A stretch of 64,000 bases of DNA from Chloropicon primus (Eukaryota), in NCBI GenBank assembly GCA_023205875.1, contig CP060764.1:434001-498000 (forward strand), given 5' to 3'. The notes under the pieces are model-generated. The model worked only from the letters and a program-made list of their open reading frames with translations. It did no database searches and was not told the origin of the DNA. How positions within the stretch are numbered: the stretch's first letter is position 1; the number at the start of each line of letters is the position of its first letter. The position numbers were made by a program, and so were the translations under genes. Positions 35,101-43,493 of this stretch are shown piece by piece.

Positions 35101-35898
35101 CAACTGCTTCACCCCCTCCACCCCCGGGGGAAGCTGAATCCCCTTCTGGACTTTCCTGTCTGCGACGGTCCACACGCAGAGGAACGGGAAATCGCCGCCC
35201 GCGACCGCCAGGCTTCTCGAGGTCACCGCCAGGTCCTTGATCCCTTCCAAGTTCACTCCAGGCGGCTCGAACTTGTGCTTTTCGGACATGTTCTTCTTGC
35301 TCCAGAGCCACGTCGTGCCGTTTCGAAACGAGGTGATGATCCCCTCCTTCGCGAAGCGAGCTTGGGACGCGCCATACTGCTTGCAGTCCAGCACGCCTTG
35401 CCGGCTGAAGTTTGTGAGATCCCACAGATGGAGGGAGTCCGCCGAGCAGCTCAAGAGCTTCTCGCCCGAGTCGCTGATCTGGATGCTGTGCGGCGACCCC
35501 CGGATGCACCTGAGAGTCGCTTGAAGCTTGCTGCTCTCCGTGTCGTACACTTTGACGTATCCCGCCTCGAACGCGACGAAGACTTCTCGCTTGGTCTTCG
35601 TGGAGAAGGCCACCGAGGTGCCCGCGGAGCCCGTGCAATCGAGCTGAATGAACCTGTTGCTGGTCACGTGCAAGACGTAGACCCTTCCTGCGGAGTCAAT
35701 CGTCGCTATGGAGTCCCCGAGGGGCGAGAATGCGACACTCTGGAGGGCCAACGCCGTGTCCCTCCCCCCCGTGCTCCCTCCGCTTTTGAAGTTCAAGGCA
35801 GCTACCGTCCCGCCACCCGACAACCTCGGCTTCGAGGTCCAGATTCGGCCGAACCTGCCACTAATTACGACCGGTTGACTCGATCCGCCCTCCGCCAT
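32119..35898 (-). CDS. TBC1D31: TBC1 domain family member 31 (WDR67): WD40 + TBC + coiled coil, centrosomal/ciliary
   Basis: N-terminal WD40s, YGEYPSKYRILIWK, LAHWTPLF, YLPAFVFPF, NWCSEWFEMFPGPP, long coiled-coil tail. Confidence 0.88.
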   Translation of the reverse strand: MAEGGSSQPVVISGRFGRIWTSKPRLSGGGTVAALNFKSGGSTGGRDTALALQSVAFSPLGDSIATIDSAGRVYVLHVTSNRFIQLDCTGSAGTSVAFSTKTKREVFVAFEAGYVKVYDTESSKLQATLRCIRGSPHSIQISDSGEKLLSCSADSLHLWDLTNFSRQGVLDCKQYGASQARFAKEGIITSFRNGTTWLWSKKNMSEKHKFEPPGVNLEGIKDLAVTSRSLAVAGGDFPFLCVWTVADRKVQKGIQLPPGVEGVKQLVALRGTNLVIALCSDDSVKIVDVAAALMILDIKARIPGVTSFAVDNHGNRLVLVSEYGAMTILDLAENMRMNSTEANLPIIELPVERRSPPVESEALGGNQAPKSVRMGGADDKGKDQAAPNSSDKVTRKKLKHLLDTYGEYPSKYRILIWKTLLSVPQNKSAYKALKKQGVHVSFGNLEEDYPIKNTILLDRLARLVSCLAHWTPLFGQVTYLPAFVFPFIKVFGADEASCFEAVATFLTNWCSEWFEMFPGPPLQLLARIEDLLIKADPELARSMSKTGGVQIHAWTLLQSLFSEVLSRYEWLKLLDHVLSNPPLFLECFVVSFFSYFRATILSAPSKEEVYLFFRRSEPLNVNQILLRAYGLKRLRQDSAMWRLSGLPQGDTYPMFASYPEHIVNFQIHQYERLSAEEKELHRKRLLLDEMVNKKQSKETLAGMLKDDQLRQVAAQQRAKISDLDEKILNERIRLEEMEKLFRVQQLEDMERAATSSIAEQQQAYKKEIEALEKELEHKKKLLKFEVKAKMESEAVNALESQVNRKRYEVDNQSALQNRLDALRTEFESKATELELKRQNKMRTWIVEDEEEQVKQKHRLEKARQLSRLEEENKARMEAMSLINRTALEGEAELQQVEFERRKRKVEANEAMLAQEVVQAEQQRETIAMLAMKEAFEAEVEKQNTWLDSQRLQREDEFSKVLDTFHKIMNERRKQLSTIRRARLHKEQQARFLQRFRSLEVQNSTESQAVDSLVKMLLVEQQKDLELSMQLEAEERMLGGRAAFLADVAKTQTVAETEEKKKFVKVRENMVAKASKLEESLRKKHSEIFSKLKFEREKMISELQSEWRQKASEKELHSFEEAARSYKAAQRKLHEVYDKHEKSLQADLEKAREKAVDLNVPDFARREAATQSEGAASASKKQQTMTEKAKADDDSNLEDTDESDMSSSSADDYMPTPESAVPEHELPTSGSESSLGDDFLIRSAKAQKQAEDVIKRHQEA

Positions 35899-36827
35899 CT
35901 TCTTGCGCTCTGCTTCTTCCTGACGACGACGGCACGCCACTTGTCTTCCCTCCTCCCCCAAAGGCCAAAGGTTTGAATTCCAGTGGGCCCACTACCCGGT
36001 CACTTGTCCGCAAGGGAGAGGTATCACCCGATCCAATGATCGCGAGGCTTGTCTTCGCGCCGCCAAGTTCCCACGCCCTTGTGGCGCCGCACTCTCCTCC
36101 TCCTCCTCGCTCAACACACAGAGCTCTAGAGCCCAAACCAACACCAACACCAAAATAACGAGCTTGTTCAGTCGTCAAATCCTCCACATTACGGCATTCC
36201 TTTCGACCAAAGGCTCTTTCGAAAGAGAATGAGACGATCTTTTCACCTTCACCTGTCTCCGTCACACCAACCCCCGTCCTCGTTGTTAATCCGAGACGAG
36301 ACAACTCACCTTCAAACTTCCCTCCCACCTTGAATGCGCCATCAATCAAAAGTTTGAACCTTTCCGTGGGATGAGTATACTCTCAGTGGACACCTCGGAG
36401 GGCCTCAGAGGATAAGGCGAGTCGAGGGAGGAGAAAGGGAGAGGAAACGGGGTACGAGGTAAGGGTTGAGGGAAGACGGTGTGCTCGCCGATGGGTAGAT
36501 GTTCTCTTCCTCTTTCGAAAGTGCCCTCGCTTGAAAGAAATGGTGCGCTGGGGAGGATTCGAGACGTCTGAGACCGCCGTGGAACGTTGTGTGTCTCTTG
36601 TTTGTTTGTTCTCGCTGCTTCTGCAGAGGGGAGGGGCGAGTGAAGCGGTCGGAGCGTCAGCGGCGAGGGGAAGGAGCACCGGAGCGCGGGCAGGGTTTGG
36701 ATCGGAGCAAGAGCGTGCGTTGGTTTGAAAGCGGAGGCCGCCGGGACCCAACCGAAAAGCCACGTGGAGAATCGTCACGTGCGTGCGTCTAGGTCTAATC
36801 GAGGGATAGAGAGGAGAAGAGAGCGAG

Positions 36828-37747
36828 ATGGTGGCCACGATGACGGCCACGACGGTGGCGAGGTTGCCCGCGAAGGCCGCGAGACGGGCGTTGCGAGAGG
36901 AATCGGGGGTCGCGAGGGGGGAGCACTCGTCCTCGGCGAGGAGCTGCGGACTTGGGCGCTTGTCCCCTTGGCCCGAGGCGACTCCATCGGTGTCTTCCGG
37001 GGGGAAAGACCGAGGGCAAAGCCAGGTGCTTGCCGCCCTCGGCGGGGGCAGATGGGTGTGCGGGATGGCAAGCGCCGAGGAGTCTTACACGTTGGAGCTG
37101 ACGGAAGAGAACGTGGAGACCGTGCTCGACGAGGTAAGCTGAGGAGACGACAACCCAACGTTTGGGAACGCCCGCGAACGGGACACTGGCGCTGACGAGA
37201 TTTCTTTGCCTTCCCTTCGTCGTCGTCCAAGGTCCGCCCCTACCTCATGGCGGACGGTGGAAACGTCGAGCTGCTTGAGATAGACGGCCTGACCGTGCGA
37301 GTCAAGTTGCAGGTAAGCGGGTGGAGGCTGGCTCGGCGTCGGTTCCGGTCGGCGTCGTACTGATGTGTTGCGCTCCCTTCTCCTTCCTTCTCTCTCTTCG
37401 CTTTGCAGGGGGCTTGCGGATCGTGCCCCTCGTCCACGACGACGATGAAAATGGGCATCCAGCGCAAGCTGATGGAGAAAATACCGGAAATCCTTGAGGT
37501 GGAGCAAGTTATGGACGAGATCGAGGGCCTGGATCTCACGGAGGAGAACGTGGAGAGCGTTCTGGACGAGATTCGACCCTACCTCGTGGGCGCGGGGGGA
37601 GGAGCCATCGAGCTGGAGGAGATCGACGGCCCCATCGTGAAAGTTCACCTCTCCGGGGAGGCGGCCAGCGTGATGACCGTCAGAGTCTCGGTGACGCAAA
37701 AGCTGAGGGAGAAAATTCCTCTGATCGCTGCGGTGCAGCTCACCTAG
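36828..37747 (+). CDS. Plastid NifU-like Fe-S cluster carrier (NFU2/3 type); exons 36828-37133, 37232-37312, 37409-37747
   Basis: [37 protein letters not shown] (CxxC) plus a second degenerate NFU domain; two phase-0 GT-AG introns. Confidence 0.92.
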
Positions 37748-37871
37748 AGAGAGAGAGAGAGAGAGATGGGGGCCCAGCGGAGCACATTCCTTTGTCGCGC
37801 GGCGGCCTTTGATTCACATATAAGTTTTGTCACACGAGAATATAAATTACAAGGCAAGCAATCGCCCTCTT

Positions 37872-38640
37872 TCAGACTTTGTCCGGGAAGTTGAGGCCGT
37901 GGGAATCCTGTTCGCTCAAGCAAGGCACGCGTCAGATAGAGAACCGGAGAGGAGGTAAAGTCATTCCCGGGCGCGCGGGATAAAAACAAACGCGTGCGCG
38001 CGCACACACACACACACAACCGAAGAGCGGTCTTGTTCGCACTCACCATGTAGTCGTGAACTTTCGAGAGAACGGCGCCGAACTGGGCGATGAAGCTGCC
38101 CATGTCCTCCTCGAGCGTGGCGCTCTGCCCCAAGTTCGCGTACAAGGTCTCCCGAGACGGCACGAGCTTCAGCGCGCCCCAGAAGACGCCCGAAGTGATC
38201 CAGCCGTGGTAAGGCTGCAAGACCTTCTCGTAGGCGGCGTTCGCCGCGTCCGAAACGCTCGAGGACTTGTCCTGGTGCAAGATGTGAAGGAGCTCCACGA
38301 GAAACTGCATGGCCCTCTTCAGCCAGAGCAACCCCTTGGTGCACGACGAGTTCCCGGTCTGCTCGTTCCTCTGCACCTCTCCCTCCAGGATGGCGTAGAT
38401 ATTCTCGTACTCCTCCGCAGACGTCACGAACCTCTTGTGAATCCGGTCCACGTTGCCGTTCACGTCGATGCGCACGACCGTGAACCCGGCTCCGAGTTTG
38501 TCCACCACGGGCAAAACTTCCCGGCAAACGTTGAGAAAAGCTTGCGTCCGGATGCCTCCCTTGCCGTCGTCCACCTGGCCCACGTGGCCCAGGAGCACCG
38601 AGAACACGGACGACGACGACGACGAGTCTTGAGACAGCAT
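37872..38640 (-). CDS. GLTP: Glycolipid transfer protein (GLTP); exons 38640-38047 and 37907-37872
   Basis: D..GN, SCTKGLLWLKRAMQF, AYEKVLQPYHGWI, PSRE; phase-0 intron gives C-terminus DSHGLNFPDKV*. Confidence 0.9.
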
Positions 38641-38925
38641 GACGTATGATGTATTCGTTCTCTCGTCGAGTCCTCTCCCCTGCACCTCACCTCACCTCAC
38701 CTTCGAGAAGAAGAAGAAGAAGAAGAAGAAGAAACACGGGGTGTCAATCCATCAACATCATCATCAAACAAACAAAACACCATCATGTTCACGTTCATGT
38801 TCATGTTCACATCAATACCTCTGGTTCGTCTCTGTCTTCCGTTTGTGTGCGTGGCGTGGAATGAATCCTTCCCCTGAACACGGAGGGGACCAAAGTCGAG
38901 ATCCTCGACACCAAAGGAAGGCCTC

Positions 38926-38961
<36 letters not shown>

Positions 38962-39287
38962 GTCTTTGGCATCTATGAGAGACGATAATTATTCAGGACC
39001 ATCCATTCCAACGTTCTTTTCTTGACCCTCGATGGAGGGATTCGTTTTAAGACTTTGTTGTGGGACCAACGTTGTAGGTTGGTCCCAAGACGTAATCTTT
39101 GTTTTGTGTCTCGGTTTAGGTCGAGGCGAAGTTTGAACGTCGCTTGTGGAATTGTGCGCAACCACATTGATTTGACCAAAGGCGGAGGCTTGGAGCGTCA
39201 AGGTGTCAAGGTGGAAGCCGTGGAGGCAGTCGTTGTAGAGCGACGAGGACGAGGACGAGGACGAGGTTGACTTGTGTCCAAATTCAG

Positions 39288-41135
39288 ATGGGAGACAGCG
39301 AAGCGGATTACCTCCGTGAGACGGTGGGGGAGGCGTTGGCGAAGGGTTGCTTGAAGACTGCCCTGGCCGCGCCGAGTGACCCCGTGGAGTACCTCGGGAC
39401 ATGGTTGCTCAAGTTTGTGGAGAATGCGAAGATAAAGGACAAGTTCGGGAAGGATAAGGCGAAGGCTGCGGAAAGGAGGAAGGGGGAGGCGCAGGAGAGG
39501 GCCAAGGTGGAGGAGGATGCGAGGAAGGAGAAGGAGAAGAAGGACAAGGCCGTAGAGGAGGTCCAGAAGGTCGTGGGGGACCCGTACAAGATATGGAGCA
39601 CCGTGGCCGCGAGCGTGTCCTCCCTGACGCCGGGCTGCTGCTACATCGCGAACTTGGCCAAGCCTGAGCCCACGGAGGGCGAGATCACGGAGGAGGACCT
39701 GGAGGTGGAGGAGGTGGAGCCCGAGGAGCCGGAGGAGGAGGAGGAGGAGGCCAAGGAGGAGGTCCCAGCGGAGGGCGAGGAGGAGGCCAAGGAGGAGGGC
39801 GAGGAGGAGGCCAAGGAGGAGCCCGAGGGGGTGACCTTCGACTACTCGGGCGCCTTCCTGGACTTTGTGGTCACGAGCAAGGACATGGAGTACATTCTAG
39901 AGAAGGGTCTGAACTTCCACAGGCCCATCGTGGACGAGGAGAGCGAGGAGGAGCCCGTTCCAAGCGCCCTCGCGTTTGACATCCTCGACAAGCAGAAGGA
40001 CAGCGTTGACATTCCAAACGTCTTGTACGAGCCGAGGGTCAAGTTCCTCAACGAGTTCCCAAGGGTTGGGGCGTTCTACGCCCTCCCCATCAAATCCAAG
40101 AACGGGGAGGTCAAGGCAATCTTCTGCTCGGACACGCTGGCGCCGACCGGCAACGGCAAGCCGTTCAACGAGGAGAGCAAGGGCCTGATCAAGTCGCTGA
40201 TCGACGCGGCCGGGCAGGCCATGGACTCCACGGACGAGTACTTTGCCAACTGCGATGCCAAGGCGGTCGCAAAGGCGATCAAGGAGGAGATCTTCGCCGC
40301 CCTCGAGGACAAGCCAGCCGAGGGGGAGGAGGAGGCCGCCGCCGCGGAGGCCCCTGCGGAGGGCGAGGAGGCCCCTGCGGAGCCATCCGTCGCGGTCAAG
40401 ACCGCGGCCCTGCACGCCAAGAGGACGGGCAAGATCGCTGACATCGTCCTTGGAAAGATGGACAAGGCCACGGAGGACATCAAGAGGTACTCCAACGCCC
40501 CGACACAGACTTACGGCGTCCTCAAGGCCCTTATGATCCTCTCTGGCTACGATGCTGGCCACTACTCGACCTGGAAAGCCGTCAGGAAGTCGTTCACCAA
40601 CGAGCTCTTCGAGAAGATCAAGGGGCTCGACCTCGGTTCGGTCACCTTGGAGGCCTACACTCACGCCAGGGCTTGCACGAAGCTCTCCTCCAGGGAGGAT
40701 CTGATAGCGGAGACCCCGGTGAGCGGCCTCGGCCTCGCGGCCAAGCTGCTCTTCGAGGAGTTGAAGCTAGCGATCAAGGCCTCCGTCGTGGAGAAGGTCT
40801 ACGACTTAGCCACCTGCCCACACGAGGACGCCATCAATTTTGAGGAGTTCGTTGCTGGCATCCCCGGGGACAAGGACGACGGCGGTGCCCTGACGACCAT
40901 GAAGTTGGGTTCGATGCAGTTCAAGGACCTCAAGGAGACTTGTGACAAGCTCGCCGAGGCGGTGGCGGCTGTCGAGAAGGCCGCCGCCGAGCAGGCCAAG
41001 GCCGAGGCCGAGGCTGCCGCAGCTGTTGCCGCCGCCGAGGCCAAGGCCGCCGAGGAGGCCGCCGCAGCGGAGGCCGAGGGCGAGGGTGCCGAAGAGGCCC
41101 CAGCGGCCGAGGAGGAGGCTCCAGCGGCCGAGTGA
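39288..41135 (+). CDS. RSP2: Flagellar radial spoke protein 2-like (Dpy-30 domain, GAF-like region, Ala/Glu-rich tail)
   Basis: YLRETVGEALAKGC...PSDPVEYLGTWLLK closely resembles the Chlamydomonas RSP2 N-terminus as I recall it; GAF-like VGAFYALPI..IFCSDT; acidic Ala-rich C-terminus. Confidence 0.8.
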   Translation: MGDSEADYLRETVGEALAKGCLKTALAAPSDPVEYLGTWLLKFVENAKIKDKFGKDKAKAAERRKGEAQERAKVEEDARKEKEKKDKAVEEVQKVVGDPYKIWSTVAASVSSLTPGCCYIANLAKPEPTEGEITEEDLEVEEVEPEEPEEEEEEAKEEVPAEGEEEAKEEGEEEAKEEPEGVTFDYSGAFLDFVVTSKDMEYILEKGLNFHRPIVDEESEEEPVPSALAFDILDKQKDSVDIPNVLYEPRVKFLNEFPRVGAFYALPIKSKNGEVKAIFCSDTLAPTGNGKPFNEESKGLIKSLIDAAGQAMDSTDEYFANCDAKAVAKAIKEEIFAALEDKPAEGEEEAAAAEAPAEGEEAPAEPSVAVKTAALHAKRTGKIADIVLGKMDKATEDIKRYSNAPTQTYGVLKALMILSGYDAGHYSTWKAVRKSFTNELFEKIKGLDLGSVTLEAYTHARACTKLSSREDLIAETPVSGLGLAAKLLFEELKLAIKASVVEKVYDLATCPHEDAINFEEFVAGIPGDKDDGGALTTMKLGSMQFKDLKETCDKLAEAVAAVEKAAAEQAKAEAEAAAAVAAAEAKAAEEAAAAEAEGEGAEEAPAAEEEAPAAE

Positions 41136-41369
41136 GGGGGGGCTACTACCCCTCGTATTTTATTTACCAGCTTGTAACAGTGAACACACCAAAGAAGAAA
41201 AGCGCGACGCGCGCGTCACGATCGGTCGTCGTCCCCCAATCATGGGCGCAAGCAAAGAGGTCTTGAGTACTCAAACATAAAATTACACTCTCTGAAAACG
41301 TACAAAACTGGTTCCCCGCGCCCTCCGTGCCGGGGGGGGGGAGAAAACGCGCGCACAAGCCCAAGCCCC

Positions 41370-41792
41370 TTAAGCGTGCTGCGGAGGTGGCCCTATCACG
41401 AAAAGGAAGAGGATGAGCAGTATCACCACGGCGGCTCCCCCTGCCACCGGAAGCCCCGTGCCAGACCAAGCGTTCAGGACGGCATTCTCCTCCTTGGAGA
41501 CGGACTTGATGTCCTTTCTGATCTTGATGTTGTCCGTCTCGATCAGGCTGTCCATGTCTCCCACCAGCCTGTCCCTCTCCATTTCCATACTCTTCTTCAT
41601 ATTGGAAGCGAAGAACTTCAAGTTGCTCGACACGTCCTCCGCCAGAGACGTGTCCTCCGGCTCCGGGGGCGGAAGTCCCGCACGGGAAACCACCTTGCCC
41701 CTCCCCTTCCTTCCCCCAACCCCCTTAGCCCTGCCCACACCTCCTCCCATCCCCATCCTCATCCTCATCCTCATCCTCATCCTCATCCTCAT
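41370..41792 (-). CDS. Small hypothetical protein with transit-peptide-like N-terminus and C-terminal TM helix
   Basis: (MR)n/Gly/Arg-rich N-terminus, coding-like codon usage, TM AAVVILLILFLFVI then GPPP; TGTAA downstream. Confidence 0.6.
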   Translation of the reverse strand: MRMRMRMRMRMRMGMGGGVGRAKGVGGRKGRGKVVSRAGLPPPEPEDTSLAEDVSSNLKFFASNMKKSMEMERDRLVGDMDSLIETDNIKIRKDIKSVSKEENAVLNAWSGTGLPVAGGAAVVILLILFLFVIGPPPQHA

Positions 41793-42336
41793 CCTTCAAA
41801 GTCGCAGTCGCCCTCCGTTCGTAACGCAAACACGGCAAAGGTCGCGACGGCTTCCTCCGACCTACGGTGCCCAGCCTCCCAGGCCGTGGCGTCCTCTCAG
41901 TCCCTCGTCCGTCCAAAGGGAAGAGACAGGAGCTCCGTCTTCTGCTTCGTCTTCTGCTTCGCTCTTGAGATCTTTGATCTTTGATTGGGCCCCTCTGCTT
42001 CACACACGTTCTCGTGGTTCACAAGGCAGTTTCCGGATAAGGTGCGCAAGGAGGGCCCCTGTGAGGGCGAAGGGGAAGAAGGGAGGCAATGGGGTGGTTA
42101 CTCATCGATGCGTTGTCTCACGATCTTTCGTTTGACCCTTCGGTCGAAAGAATGGGTGAGGATTTGAGTACTGAACGCCGAATATTCATTCACTTTTCTC
42201 TTTTCTCAGCGCGGAGAAGATTGTTCGCAAGGAGGGTCGAGGGCGAGGAGCGAGGTGGCAAGGAGCCTCGTACATCGAATCATTGTGTCGGTCTCTTTCG
42301 AGTGGCACCGGCGTCCGGAGTTCGAGACAAGTTGAG

Positions 42337-43071
42337 ATGAGCTTGCGTGTTGCTGCACCGTACGTACGGGGGGCCTCGACGCCGGTTGGGGTGGCAGGAG
42401 GAATGTGCAGGCACAGTGGAACGACGAGGGGAAGCGGGGGCCTCCGCTCGAGGATCCCGAGGGCTTGCGGTGGGAGGGTCCCCTCGCGGCGAAGCTTCGC
42501 CACAAACGTCGATCCGTCGTCGTCGTCGTCGTCGTCGTCACTGGTGGGGTGCAGTGGCGAGAGGACGAGCGTCGTCCCGAGGGCCAAGAGGGCCTCGGAA
42601 GCACGCTCAGCCTCACGGGATCGGGGGGTGCCCGCGACGTCTGGCTTGACACTCGATCCGTTGCGGGGCGGGAGCCTTGGCCTGGCAATGGCCGCGGGGA
42701 CTCTTGGTTACTTCTCCGGCGCTCCAAGCTGCTTGGCCGCCGCGGTGCCCGCGGAGTTGTACGAGCTCAGCGCCCTCGACGCCTCCTCGGCCTCCTTCGT
42801 GGCGTCCCTGCTGAAGCCTGCATTAGGCGTGGCGTCCCTGTTCATGATCGTGCGCATAGTTCTCACCTGGTTCCCGGAAACCAAGAGCAAGGAGTTTCCA
42901 TGGATCATATTCTACTACACCACGGAGCCCGTGCTGTCGTTCACGCGGAACATCTTCCAGCCAGTCGGCGGGGTCGACATCTCTCCGATCATCTGGGTCG
43001 CTTTCCTGAGCTTCATGAACGAGATCTTGGTCGGACCCCAAGGAATACTCATCTTGCTGAGCGCAAAGTAA
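42337..43071 (+). CDS. CCB3: Cofactor assembly of complex C subunit B CCB3 (YGGT family), chloroplast
   Basis: FMIVRIVLTWFP, FPW....TEPVL..TR..FQPVGGVDISPIIW, NEILVGPQG. Confidence 0.9.
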   Translation: MSLRVAAPYVRGASTPVGVAGGMCRHSGTTRGSGGLRSRIPRACGGRVPSRRSFATNVDPSSSSSSSSLVGCSGERTSVVPRAKRASEARSASRDRGVPATSGLTLDPLRGGSLGLAMAAGTLGYFSGAPSCLAAAVPAELYELSALDASSASFVASLLKPALGVASLFMIVRIVLTWFPETKSKEFPWIIFYYTTEPVLSFTRNIFQPVGGVDISPIIWVAFLSFMNEILVGPQGILILLSAK

Positions 43072-43493
43072 AAGTAAAATAAAGTAGTCTAATCTCCACA
43101 AAAGGGCTTTTATTCTTTATGAAACGGGGGAGGAACGAAGCCTTCCTTGCCCCCACCGAGTCGTCAAGGCACGCTTCCCAAGGAACGAATCCTTCCTCGC
43201 CACAAGTTCGGAGACCAGGATTCAGTCCTCTCTCCAAGCCAGGGGGAGCTAATCTACTCTCCTCTCTCGCTTGTTTTTCAAAAAATCAATCCTCTTGAGT
43301 TTGACAGAGAGTTTGACAGCGATGGAACCAAACGCTTGGACGGTCAGGAAGGCAAAGCATGCATCTTTGAAGTGAGAGGGAGGCCAGTGCTGCGCTGAGG
43401 TGTTCCCGTGTACGCCTGTCAAGGCCGAACCGAAGGCATCCTCAAGTTTTTTCGTGCTGTCTTGGACAACCTTGCCTTTGACACAGAGGAAAG

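Noticed and set aside
35861..36850. Two in-frame minus-strand ORFs separated by one TGA (36383-36385)
   Set aside because: No recognisable protein; overlaps promoter regions of TBC1D31 and NFU; likely chance
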